Source: Schmidtea polychroa
Lineage: Eukaryota
Length of the DNA: 64,000 nucleotides
Assembly: GCA_044892525.1 (NCBI GenBank)
Contig: CM097885.1
Span: forward strand, 34,598,001 to 34,662,000
Direction of reading: 5' to 3'
The translations under genes and the position numbers were made by a program. The notes beneath the pieces were generated by a model. The model was not told the DNA's origin. It was given only the letters and a program-made list of their open reading frames with translations, and ran no database searches. How positions within the stretch are numbered: the stretch's first letter is position 1; every line of letters begins with the position of its first letter. Below are positions 1-12,008 of this stretch, in pieces.

Positions 1-1638
1 TATAGAAGATTCATCAGTGATTATGCAAAGAAGGTAAAGATGTTAGAACAATTATGTAGCGGACCAAGTAACAAAAAATTAGAATTGAGTGAAGGAACGA
101 ATAGCGTGTTTGAGGGATTGAAATTAGCACTCACGACGGCGCCAATCTTATGTTTTCCGGATCTGAAAAAGGAGTTCATTTTAGATACCGACGCTAGTTT
201 CGATACCATTGGAGCAGTACTTTCACAAAGAGATAAAGATGGAATGGAAAGAGTAATTTCGTATGGATCACACTCGATGACGAGCCACGAGAAAGGATAT
301 TGTATTACAAGAAAGGAACTATTGACGGTATATTATTTTTGCATTCATTTTAAGCACTATCTCTACGGAAGAAGATTCACGCTCAGGACAGACCACAAGG
401 CAATCACGTTTATGATGACAACCAAGAAGCCGATTACTTCACAATTCCAAACATGGATCAATTATTTGAGCAGTTTAGATATAAGAGTAGAATACAGAAA
501 GGGTATTAATCACCAAAATGCAGACATGGTGTCGAGAACTAAATGTGACACGTGTGTTCACTGTCAAATGGCCCACGAAGAAGCTAAGAAAGGAAAGATA
601 AAAACCAGATTACTAGACTCGATCAGAGAAGAAGGAAGAAGCAACATCCAACATGAAATTGTAGAAGAAGTACGAAAGAAAACGATGATACCTGAAAATG
701 AGTTACAAGAAACAATAAAGGAAATACATAGACTATTGTGTCATGCTGGAGTCGAGAAGATAGCCGATTATATGAAAGATAGATATGTTGGAAAACACCT
801 GTGGAGTCAGATTCAGGAAATTGTTCGAAGTTGTGAGATTTGTCAAAAAACCAAGGCTTTAACAATAACAACGAAAGAACCAGTAAAAAAACAAGATTCG
901 AAGGAAATGTTCGAAATTATAATCGTGGATATATGTGGACCGTTGACAGAAACAAAAGGACGTAAGAAGTATATATTGAGCATAATAGATCAGTATAGTA
1001 AGTATCAAGTCTTGACAGCGATAACAAAACAAGACGAAGAAACGATAAAGAAAACGATTTTAGAAAAGTGGATTTTAAGATTTGGATGCCCAAAGGAGAT
1101 AAGAGTTGATTGCGGAAAGTCGTTTGAATCAGGAATGATGAGAGAATTCACAAAGATGCTAGATATTAAATTATGTTTTTCGAGTCCATACCATCACCAA
1201 ACAAACGGTCAAATAGATAGACAATTCAGGACAATACGGGATTTGATAAATGCTACTTTACAGGATAGAAAGAAGACGGATTGGGCAGAGATATTACCAG
1301 AAGTTGAATTCACTTTAAATGCAACCAAACAAAAAACGACAGGGAAAAGCCCGGCAGAGATAGTTTTTGGAAAAAAGATTAGCAGGGAAAAATGGTACGG
1401 GTCCAAAGAAATACCGATAAAGGAAGAACTAGAAGAACAAACAAGGAGAAAATTCAATGTAGAAGAAGAAGTATTAGTAAAAGTAGAAACACGCCACAAA
1501 GGCCAGGACAGGTATGAAGGTCCGTACAAAGTGATAGAGAAAGTGCATGACAGACGATACATCTTAAGAAATGAAGATGGAAAAAGGATCGAAAGAAATG
1601 TGGAAAAACTTAAAAATTTCTTAAGAAGGGGGATATGA
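1..1638 (+). CDS. pol: Ty3/Gypsy LTR-retrotransposon pol, C-terminal part (RT connection, RNase H, integrase); 5' end lies outside the window
   Basis: Frame is open from base 1 (YRRFISDYAKK). RNase H motifs are DTDAS..IGAVLSQ, KELL, TDHKA, NAD..SR. Integrase has HHCC (H..LCH...CEIC), a core with VDICGP / VDCG / NGQIDR, and C-terminal GPY motif (RYEGPYKV). RH-before-IN order is Gypsy-like. Confidence 0.95.
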   Translation, partial: YRRFISDYAKKVKMLEQLCSGPSNKKLELSEGTNSVFEGLKLALTTAPILCFPDLKKEFILDTDASFDTIGAVLSQRDKDGMERVISYGSHSMTSHEKGYCITRKELLTVYYFCIHFKHYLYGRRFTLRTDHKAITFMMTTKKPITSQFQTWINYLSSLDIRVEYRKGINHQNADMVSRTKCDTCVHCQMAHEEAKKGKIKTRLLDSIREEGRSNIQHEIVEEVRKKTMIPENELQETIKEIHRLLCHAGVEKIADYMKDRYVGKHLWSQIQEIVRSCEICQKTKALTITTKEPVKKQDSKEMFEIIIVDICGPLTETKGRKKYILSIIDQYSKYQVLTAITKQDEETIKKTILEKWILRFGCPKEIRVDCGKSFESGMMREFTKMLDIKLCFSSPYHHQTNGQIDRQFRTIRDLINATLQDRKKTDWAEILPEVEFTLNATKQKTTGKSPAEIVFGKKISREKWYGSKEIPIKEELEEQTRRKFNVEEEVLVKVETRHKGQDRYEGPYKVIEKVHDRRYILRNEDGKRIERNVEKLKNFLRRGI

Positions 1639-1869
1639 GGAAGTTTTATGATGAAGAAATTTTTAAATTGAAAATTTTAAAAATTAAATTTTAGATTAAT
1701 TTTTAAAAAAAATAATAAGAAGATATTTTAATTAAAAATATCTTCGTAGAAAATTTGTTTAAATAAGAAAGTTTAAAGAAGATATAATTTGGTTTGATAC
1801 TGATATTTACTGAAATAAAATTTATGGAAACAAAAACTGATTTTAATGTTTTACAGGACGAACCTCCTA
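1623..1869 (+). mobile_element. Polypurine tract and probable 3' LTR of the Gypsy element
   Basis: PPT AAGAAGGGGGA (1623-1633) is followed by TA and then TG at 1636, which overlaps the pol stop codon. The LTR start TGAGGAAGTT is imperfectly mirrored by AACCTCCTA ending ~1869. The right boundary is uncertain. Confidence 0.55.
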
Positions 1870-2030
1870 ATAAATATGATGTATATTCACAATTAAAAAT
1901 TATTTAATACACCAGAAACTACCAGACATGGAAAATTTCAGATATCAAACAAGGAATACTAGTTTACTTTCTTTCGATTAAAAAAATGAACTAACTGAAA
2001 TTAAAATTTTCATATGGAAAATTAATAAAA

Positions 2031-2137
<107 letters not shown>

Positions 2138-2355
2138 TATAGAACTTTAAAAAGACAAAACTTAAAATAGTGGACTAAATATTTTAAATATTTTCTAAAC
2201 TTCTCGCAGCCCACAAACTAAAGTTTTGCGTATACAGGTTGAGAATCGTTGGTCTAAGAGAGTGGACGTATCAATTTATTGTATAATTGAAATAACATGT
2301 CTAAAGATATAGTTTTATTGTAAAACATCTGCTATTTAAAATAATTTATTTAATA

Positions 2356-2580
2356 TTATAAGAACTTTTTTTCCAATTGCACCACTGATTTTTTTCCATT
2401 TTATTTATTAAATAGAGCTTGAAGACTATAAATCAGTAAATATATCGATGTTTTTGATATTCACGAATTTTCGGCACTGCATTTTTCAATTCACTTTTAT
2501 CACTTATCGGCAATGCCGAAAATTTTTGAATATCAAAAACATCGATAAATTACTGTTTATCAGTCTTCAAGCAATTTATT
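2356..2580. mobile_element. Copy of a dispersed foldback MITE family
   Basis: Internal inverted repeat (GCTTGAAGACT..ATCGATGTTTTTGATATTCAC..TTCGGCA versus TGCCGAA..GAATATCAAAAACATCGAT..AGTCTTCAAGC). Related pieces recur at ~8270-8360, 11570-11705, 13855-13970, 22805-22890, 46872-47015 and 49797-49885. Confidence 0.7.
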
Positions 2581-2966
2581 TAATGTTTAAAATTAAAATT
2601 TTTCAAAAATTAGATCTCAACATTTTTAATATGACTTTTAAATGACTTAATAAATTAATGTGCATAAAGTTTGATAAAAATAATACAATAAATGAGTTAT
2701 AAAATATCTCAGTTGAATGAGAATGTATAATACTTTTCCTTCGGTATAATTTTTCATATAAGATATAGGACCCCCAAAATTCATATAAGTGATTTTTCGT
2801 ACAATATTCGATTAAATAAAGTTAATTCCAAGTGTGAAACTCTTATCTTTATTCGATGTTTACATGTTAATTTATTAAGTCGTAAAAAGTCATATTTTGA
2901 CAATTTTGGAATTTATAATTTTTAAAAATGATCAATTTTTAGAAATGTCTAAATTAGCAAATATTC

Positions 2967-3649
2967 GGTTACATGACATTTAAACATGCGACAGATTAAC
3001 ATGAGACACTTTAACATAGACAGATTAACATGCGACATTTTAACATAGACCCACTTTAATATACGACGGATTAACACACATTTAGAAAATAAAATATTGC
3101 GAGCCTGGAGGGCGAAGCTAATAATACTTCAATGATTTGAAAAACCATTAACCGAAAATTCTTTGTATTTTCTAACTTTATACAATTTTAAAATTGTAAT
3201 TTTGCTGGTAAGTCTACTTAAAAAAATCTGGAGTAAGAACAATACACCTAAAACATTCCAACTTTCGTTCAAATTTTGGTCTCACACCATATAATTTTAT
3301 TTACATTCATATTATTGTTACTTAAAATATATTGTATCATGCAATAGGTACCTATGGACATTTATTTAAGAAATCTTGAAAAATTTAAGAAAATTCGTAT
3401 GTTCAATTCGAGTTGGTAACGTTTTTAAATGCATATATGTAGCAAATTTTAACTTTATTTAGCCTATTATCAATTTCATTTTTATCTTCCAAAATTAAAA
3501 TGTGTGATAATCTGTCGTATGTTAAAGTGTGACCATGTTAAACTGTCACTATGTTAATATGTCACAGTGTTAATCCTTCGTATGTTAAAGTGGGTCTATG
3601 TTAAAGTGTCGCATGTTAAATATGTCGCATGTTTAAATGTCGGCACACC
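2967..3649. mobile_element. Non-autonomous foldback DNA transposon (Mutator/Merlin-like) with tandem-repeat TIRs
   Basis: Termini GGT...ACC. Inverted arrays of ~15-bp units (TTAACATGCGACA) at 2975-3080 and 3510-3642. Perfect 8-bp TSD AAATATTC at 2959-2966 and 3650-3657. Confidence 0.8.
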
Positions 3650-4771
3650 AAATATTCACTAAAATTAATTTAATCAAGCATAAAAATCAATTTTAAGAAA
3701 TTTGAAAATTGAAGTGTCATGTAAAAGCAGGCTCACGTTGATGCCTCGCGTATTCAATTCCAATTCATCCAAAATTAAGGAAGTTTTGCACAAGTATCCT
3801 AAATAATTTAAAGCAAAGTTGAAATTAGAATCTGATGAAACTTTGAAATCTTTCATAAGGGATTTTTTTAAAGATTCTCTTTAAAGTATCTTTAGCTCTT
3901 TGAATCAATTGGTCATCGTTTGCCTTCAGAGTCATTCGGTCGTCTTAAAATTCTTCAGCCGTTTCATGAAGAAATTGAGAGAATTAAGAACTTTGAATTG
4001 GGTAGCCTACCTTTCTAATTGTAGATGAAAGTGAAAAATCTTGATTCAAATATGTCAATTTAATAATTGGAAAATTAAAACTGAACCAGAAACAATATTC
4101 CTTTGAGGTAATTGTTCAACTTATTGATGATGTTATTATTGCGTTTGGTATTTCAATTGGCAACTTCCGGATTCTGCTTGATATATGATTGAAGCTGCAA
4201 ATATATTGCATGAATTATTTCCCATTTTTTGTGTAACTTGCATTGCACCTCTTGCTCATAATTGTGCAATGAAAATAAGTAGGTGATGAAACTGGTTGAG
4301 TCTGCTCGAAATATTATTAGTAAATGGGAAAGTAATAGAATATTGGTGACCAATGCTAAAGAAGCAATTGAATAGCCAAATTTCACTCAGCCTCTTATTG
4401 CAATTTAAGAATGTAATAGCGCTTTATCAACAGTAACTTTCAATATTATAAGAACTTCTTTCTATTTTCACCTTGGATTTCTTTTTAATAAATACAATAA
4501 CTTTCAAATTAGAATCTACATCTTGTTATATTTCGACTGGGTATGGTTTGCTGCAAAGATTTGGACTTTTTCTCTAGCCCGTTTGCGATTGAACAAAAAT
4601 GAAATGCTTGAAATCTATTGTACTAGAACTGAAATTTTTCTATGTTTGCATTTCTTGTTGAAAGAAGTTCAGAGTACATCAAATGCAGTTGAAGAAGCTT
4701 CTAGCAAAGGACCGAAACTACAAACCAGAGAATGTCAAATTTTATTGCAATTCTTCTTTTGATAATAATAA

Positions 4772-5200
4772 GGGGACCCGTTCGAAGCGTGCACATGCAA
4801 TGAAATAAAAATTTGAATGAAATTTTTTTTTTCACATTAATTTCACATTAAAAAAAATAAATATATAACGTTTACAGATATACATAATTGTTACAAATTA
4901 AGATTGTATGCAATTCCTCTCAATATATATCGTATAAAAGATGCTCCTTTTCTTTATTTTCTCCGTGGTTCCAATATAACTTTTGTATAATTTGATCTTT
5001 TCTGATATCAACTTAATTTTTAAACCTAATGATTAAAGTGATATTTATTATTATTTATTTATTAAGTAAATCGATTTTTTGTCTATATGAATACATTGCG
5101 CGCATCTTGTACTCTTATTTCGCGCGCTTTTGTTATTGCACGAATATATCTGTGCGATTTTTTCGACACGTTTTTGTTTGCGCGCTTCGAACGGTGCGCC
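4772..5200. mobile_element. MITE with GC-rich TIRs
   Basis: Left end GGGGACCCGTTCGAAGCGTGCA versus reverse complement of right end GGCGCACCGTTCGAAGCGCGCA. Flanks AATAATAA / AATAATAC give a 7/8 TSD. Confidence 0.7.
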
Positions 5201-7021
5201 AATAATACGATGAATAAAAGTTTAAAGTCATTAAAATCGTATTTTAGTAATGATAAAGTCATATTTTAAGAAGAATAAAGTCATTTTATTGGCAGTCCTA
5301 ATAATATTTAATCATTTGTTAGTGTCTGAGTTTGATTAATGCTTTAAAAAGGTTCTGCTGAAAGTTTATCTATAATTTTGAATCCATCTATCAATCTTCA
5401 CCGAAAAAAACGAAGCGGAAATAAATTGACAAACTTATTTGGATAAGAAAAAATTACACCGTTTAGGTCTATTTTAGAATAATTAATCAAATCATGTTGA
5501 TTAATTGACTAGAAATTACGAAATACTTTTTATTATTCCAATTCCCATGGCTTTTATATTTCTACGTATATTTGTATATTCTGTATTCACTGAATTTCTC
5601 ATGAGACCTGATGAAGTTTCTTATGGGTATTAAATAAATATATTTTATTATTAAGGCTAACAATGTCTTTCTCATTTCGATAATGAAAGAGAATATTCAA
5701 ATACAATAACTAAAATACATTCTTATTTTCTAGTTTGTACAAATTCCGTTTTTGAAAATATTAATTTTATCTTTTTGTTTATCTTCACATTTTTGAATTC
5801 TAGATCAATACTTTGTTTTAATTTAACACGAATTTTCGGAAATGCCAAAAATATAAAGCGAAAATATTTCGATAATTTAAAATGAAATTAAGATAAAGGA
5901 AATTGAAAATATTAAAGGATTAATAATTATTTTATACTATGGCTAAACATTACTTATATTATATTACAAGGTTGTATATTTCTATATTAACATGCATTAA
6001 GACTTTATAAAAGTAATAATCTGGTTGCTTTAAAATATTTATTTATTGGTTATATAAATTCCTTACGTTGCGAGGCTTTCTCGCACTATCTAAGCATATT
6101 TACATAAATATTCAAACATCTTACATTATAATCGTACAGTTAATTACTTTCAAAATAATAACAGTAGACATAAATAGATGCTTTCGGTAAAATATTTCGA
6201 CCTAAAAAACGCTTCTATAAGGTATAATTAAGATTAATAGGGTGGAAGACATTAAAACACAATATTATGTACATTTAATTACATTTGAAAGTTATTAGAA
6301 TGGTGAAACTTTAACATTATTCATTATAAAACCGTATTATGTGAAATTCTACAATATTGGACAAGCTTTTCATATAATAATTCAATAAATAATTAGCTGT
6401 TATAACATTCAGTTTATATGTTTTATTTAATTATCCATTTTCTATCTATTGCATCTAAACAAGTTATATTTGTTTCATGGTTTCCGTATACGGTAAAATA
6501 TGCTGTAAATATACTGTAATAAAAATAATGAACTAGAACGATAAATCAAACTCATGACAAGTAGACAATGTATGCAGTAGCACGTTTACGCATATGCGCG
6601 CGCCTACGGCCCCAATCAAACGAAATGAATTAAAATTTTACAACTGTGAATTTTGACTTTAATGACTTATTGTAAATATAACCCTAACCCATGATTAATG
6701 TACCTAAAACATTTTTGTTGGAATTTTTAATATGCATGTTTTGCAACTTTAACTCTTTAATCTATATTCTCTTTTATTTCTATAACGTTATTTTTGACTA
6801 CTATACTAGTTGGTAAAAAAGTAACAGCGATTCAATTTAAAATTTTTTGAAATGAAACTTGATTTTTATAATATAAACATATTGCATTACAATCATTTTA
6901 ACAACCAAGTTGCTTTTCATGCTTTTTTCACTAAAATCAAATCGAATCACATTCTTTGAAAATAATTTCTATATTTTTAAGATAAACATTACAAACTTTG
7001 TGATACCCAGTGCAAATCCCA

Positions 7022-7063
7022 ATAGTATACTAGTTTCGAGCTTTTAGCTCTCATCAGTACCAC
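7022..7063 (-). ncRNA. Minimal type I hammerhead ribozyme (minus strand)
   Basis: Minus strand reads GUGGUA-CUGAUGA-GAGC-UAAAA-GCUC-GAAA-CUAG-UA^-UACUAU. Conserved CUGAUGA/GAAA core, 4-5 bp stem II, palindromic ACUAGU stem III, GUA cleavage triplet, 6-bp stem I with two G-U pairs. Confidence 0.85.
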
Positions 7064-7335
7064 ATCCGTAAAAAAGTATTTTAATCCATTAAAAGTTAAA
7101 AATGCTAAAGATTTACGGATGCACTTGTAAACAGTTACTGTGTATGACGGTGTCTCCAGAGGCGAATATGATTTTTCATACGCCATGTTTACAAGTTTGG
7201 AGATATTTTTTCTGTGATTTAGCAAATTTGCAAGTGATGTGATTTCCAGTGTAGCAGGTAAAGTATGCAATAGAGTTGAATCAGCAATATTGTATACTTA
7301 CCTGGCGCGACGAGAGAAATTTTCGCGTCTCCTGC

Positions 7336-7377
7336 ATAGTACTGATGAGAGCTAAAAGCTCGAAACTAGTCGACTAT
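7336..7377 (+). ncRNA. Minimal type I hammerhead ribozyme (plus strand)
   Basis: Reads AUAGUA-CUGAUGA(7342-7348)-GAGC-UAAAA-GCUC-GAAA-CUAG-UC^(7371)-GACUAU. GUC triplet; stem I has 5 bp with a G.A mismatch next to the core. Confidence 0.85.
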
Positions 7378-10300
7378 TGGGATTTGCACTGGATATCACA
7401 AAGTTTGTAATGTTTACTTTATTTTATTGTTAGACATCCGTAAAAAAAAATTTAAAAAAAAATATTTTAATTCATTACAAATTATTTTTAAGTCATTGTT
7501 AAAATAACAAAACGGCTTCTATTTCAAATTCGAGTTTTTGGACAACATTTTGCACATAGGCTAAGGCTACACAACAGTAGTCTACTCTAAGTGTAAATGT
7601 TCAAAAGGCCCATAAAAAGATGTGCTACTAGGGTCTCATTTTCGGTAAACACGTCACTGAATATATGTACACCAAATGTGTTTTACTGCACATATACACC
7701 AAAGCTTATAAATTACAATACGTTTAACTAGAAATTAAGGTATTGTATAAGACATAATTAATTTATAAACACTTGCTTGAAATAAGGACAAATATTAAGA
7801 GCATTGACATAAATTACTATATATACTATACACAATAACCCTATAATAAAATACTCTGAGGCAAAAAAAAATCATGGGCAGCAATCATTTATTAAGGAAT
7901 ATTTTTATTATAAAAATAATAAAAATATGCAATTTTGAGGATTTTTCTGGCGTTTTATCACGTTAAAACTTTCCATGAGTAGTAAAGAAGCAAAAGAGAG
8001 TAATGTAACTTATTAATTTTAAAAGGTTCCAACTTAAAACATTTTTAGAAATTCTGGAAATGATAAATTGTCAAAAATTATAAGAAATATAAGAGAAAAG
8101 CATCGAAAAAATTTATATATAATTGAAATATAACATTTAAAGTTAATTATTTTTAATTATTCAGAAATTAATAAAAAAAGAACACAACAAAGAAAATTAC
8201 TGCAATCTCATAAAACAAATTGCCAAAATAATTTCTAATTGAAAACATTTAAATTAAAGTATAACATCTTAATATTGTATTTATTAAAAAGCTTGATTAT
8301 GAATCAGTAAACATATCGATGTTTTTGATATTCACCAATTTTCGGCACTGGCTTTTTCAAGTGAATTATTAAATAAATCTTACCGTTTTCGAAAAATATA
8401 ACATAAATGACATGAAATTTATAATAAATACGAAATTTTAATTTTAATATAATGATTAAAATTATTGCTATAAAATTTGAATATGAAAAGCAAAAGGATG
8501 AGAATGTAAAGATTTTCAATTTTTCATCAGGCCTGCGGCGCACATAGAATATCCACCACTGAAAAACATGTCAATTGTATCTAAAATTCAAATAAATAAA
8601 ATACAATATTTTTCATTGATTTTTTCAAATAAATTTGAAAACCTTTTTTTAAATTGAAAATAATATTTTTTCTTTAATTTAGCTTATTCAAATATAATAC
8701 CGAAAAAAGTAAATAAAAGAATTTCTGCGAAATTGATTTAAGCTTTTTCTAGTTTTTTCGATTAAGTGAGTAAATATAAACTAAAAAATGTAGAAATTTA
8801 AAATTTTTATTTTCTTTCAAATTTAATAATCAGGTTTTTACTAATCGTAGGTCCAAATATTAAAGCTGGACATTATAACTTGTATTCAAATAGTCATTGT
8901 ATAGTAATTGAAGTGCCTCTGACTAGCACTTTTATCAATTTAATAATTGAACTAAAAACATTATGAAAAATGATTAAATTAAAATTAAATTAAAAACGTT
9001 TGTTTAAATAATCTTGTCTTTTTCCAAAAAAAATCATCAACTAGTGTGTGTATTACGTACTCGGTCATTATTCTGTAATCGCAATACCCCCCTTGTATCT
9101 GACGGGCTCACACCCTACTACTACAATGAATTAAACAATGAATTATTTAACTTCGCAATCAACAAATCGAGTCAAAATCAATAAATCAAATATGACAGAA
9201 ATTCAAGAAACAGAAACCTTCGTCTTATTAGCAATAATCTCTCTGATGATGGTCAAGATCTTCAACAATCTCCATACAATCTCCAGATCAAGTGTTCGTG
9301 CTTTCGTCTGTATATTGACTTGGAGAAGATATGACAATTATTTACTGCAATGTTAATTTGAATAAATTCTTTATTCGAATTAATTGTATGTCTCAACAGT
9401 AATGTTTATATTTTAGGATATTTATTATTACAATATTCATTTAGATATCTATTTATAATCTACTAATTTTTTATAAAAGTTTGTTATGATTTTGTTTATC
9501 TTCATTCAACTTTTCGACACTATTAAATAGGAAACAACGTAATTATTTATAATCTGATAGAATGAAGCTAAATCAAGTGAATACAGTCTAAATATTTCGG
9601 ATAACACATTATGACAATTTAAGAAACGTTAATACAAAACATACAGTTAGGAAAAGCGATATGAATTATTTTATATAAGGATGCTTAATGTAAAATATAT
9701 AATAATAAATAAACATAATGTATATCATATGAAAATATTGCAATGCAACACATGTAAAGTATTTTTACATTTTTGCAAAACAATTAATACTTAACAGTGA
9801 ATGCATCCCAATAAAAATTTGTGCCTAAAGTTCAACAACTGATTATTTAAAAATCAAAGTTTAACTTATACAACTTTGAAAATAAAATTGCTTTGGAAAA
9901 AAAGGACAGTTCAAACCCCATCGATGACATTTACACATAGTAAAAGATATCACGGGAAATAAAGTACAGAAATTCATTTCCCTTTGGCATTTATAATGAA
10001 GCTCCGATGGGTCTCTATTGGAATTATTATTACCATAACTGACAGGACACTTTGTTTTACTTAATTTGTTTTGAAAACAAATTCAACATTTTTTAGATTA
10101 ACGTCACTCATCGAAGGAATGTTTATTATATTGAATAAAATATTGTCTATTTTGTGAGGGCTTAATGATAATAATAAAGTAATTTCAAATTTTTGTATTC
10201 TATAGTTTGTGATTTATGTTGGTAGTCATTAAAATGAATTTTATCCAAGCATAATGCACAGAAAATTAACTATAACATTTCCTCGTAACACATATGATCT

Positions 10301-12008
10301 TTAATATAGATTTGTACAGACGCGCATTTATGGGGTCTGGTGGACTTGGGCTCCCTCCCATAAGGGAAAAGTGTACACGAGTTCAAACTTATTCCTACTT
10401 CTAAAATATTTAGTATTTCAATAAATCGGTGTTTTTAGATTAATATAAATATTAATTTTTCTTATCGGTTACGCGGTTGAATTTTCCTTTCAAAGCCGAC
10501 ACCGAAAGGCCTCTCCATGTTTAGATTAATGTAAAAATTATCAATAAAATACATTCAATTTTTTTTTTGACCTTTTGCGACTTTGTTTTATGTGACATTT
10601 ATGGAGATTTCCGATATTAATAGTTTGTATTTATTTCTTGCCAAATGTACCAGCAATGCTCATTATTATTGTGCCAGCATCCCTAAAATGGCACACAAGC
10701 AGATTGAACACCCCATACATAGCTTGCCTACTGTATTTGGCCTTGTATATTTATTGTGTAATTGTTATTTTTTCATTAATAAAATTTTGACTTTAGTCAA
10801 TATTCGTAAAGTTTATTTGAAAAATTTATCTTTTTCTTTCTTTATATAAATTGGTTTATAATCGTTTATTGTAAAATTTGCAAAGTATGTAATATGAGCA
10901 GTTGTTTGACTGTTCATTTTTAGAAAGTTAAGTTTTTCCAGTTTTAAAATAAAAATTTGATATTTTCTGATGGAAAAAAATAAAACATCAACGACAAACA
11001 ATTTCTTTGGAAATAAAAATTGCAAATTTAGATTGCTTAGCAAAAGAAGAAGGATTTACAGATTCTGGTAAGCATTTTGGTTTTGGGGAATCTATATAAG
11101 ACAGTCAATAAGACAGTTGGCTATTCCTGGTACAAAATTAAGTTCGTAATTAATAAAATTGGAATATCGACTTCAAATACATTTTCCATTACTTATTGAT
11201 TACTAGGGCCTATTTAGCTTTCTCAATTAGTTATACTTATTTTATTGAACTCCCCGAAACAAAATCAGGGTGTGCGTCTGGATTTTTTCATATATTGTAA
11301 TACAATAAAATGTCTTTTATCGACGTACCGTCAGTTATATACGACTGGCATCTGCTATTTCAGTGTGACCCGCGTGTTTGATAACCATCAAGCAATCTAT
11401 GTTAATTTGAACTATTATTTAAAAATGTGGTCCCTGGTCAATATATTATTATACAAATCAATAATATATAAAAATTATATTTATCAAAATGTGTTAATGA
11501 TAAATATTTTTAAAATAACTTTGTACTGGTCAAAATAATTCAAGTATAATTATATTTATAAATCACTTGAAAAACCCAGTGTCGAAAATTCGTGGATATA
11601 AAAAAAACATCGATATCTTTACTGATTCATAGTAAGTTTTTTAATAAATATAATGTCAATTGAAAACAAATCACTGGTGAAAATTGAAAAAAGTTATTAT
11701 AATATTTATAATAAATTAGAATTTTATCAAAATCTATAATAACTAACAATATATTAAAATATAAATATTTAAATATTATATCCAGTTATTTATTAAAAAA
11801 ACATCATGGATTACTTTAGAGATGAAAGAAGAGAAGTGTTTTAATAAAATAAAAAAATGTCAGAGAAGAGAAACATGCACTACTTATGAAAAATAATTCC
11901 AGAAGTTAAAACCAATTTCAGAACGAATACAATCCTTCTTGAAGATAATTATTAAACACATTTGCAAACTACTGATGATTTCAAATGCTAATTGTGTATT
12001 TTATTTAA

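Larger units (their letters stand above)
6983..7450 (+). mobile_element. Retrozyme / Penelope-like pLTR-type non-autonomous retroelement
   Basis: 78-bp inverted repeat (6983-7060 versus 7339-7416), each copy holding a hammerhead core. Direct repeat ACATCCGTAAAAAA at 7062 and 7434 defines a ~372-nt monomer with several internal stems. Confidence 0.75.

Noticed and set aside
3700..4760. Coding-like composition suggesting a decayed transposon ORF (similarly 53860-54600 and 55830-56200)
   Set aside because: Frames are broken by stops and I could not recognise any motif.
5607..5640. Other CTGATGA words (also ~3832, 8524 minus, 9243, 11972, 24652, 58952)
   Set aside because: No stem II followed by GAAA and a UH site, so they are not hammerheads.
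7294..7307. ATACTTACCTGGCG resembles the 5' end of U1 snRNA
   Set aside because: No U1 stem-loop I loop (GATCACGAAG) or Sm site follows. The segment pairs with 7256-7272 in the retrozyme fold and could equally be a minus-strand 5' splice-site consensus.
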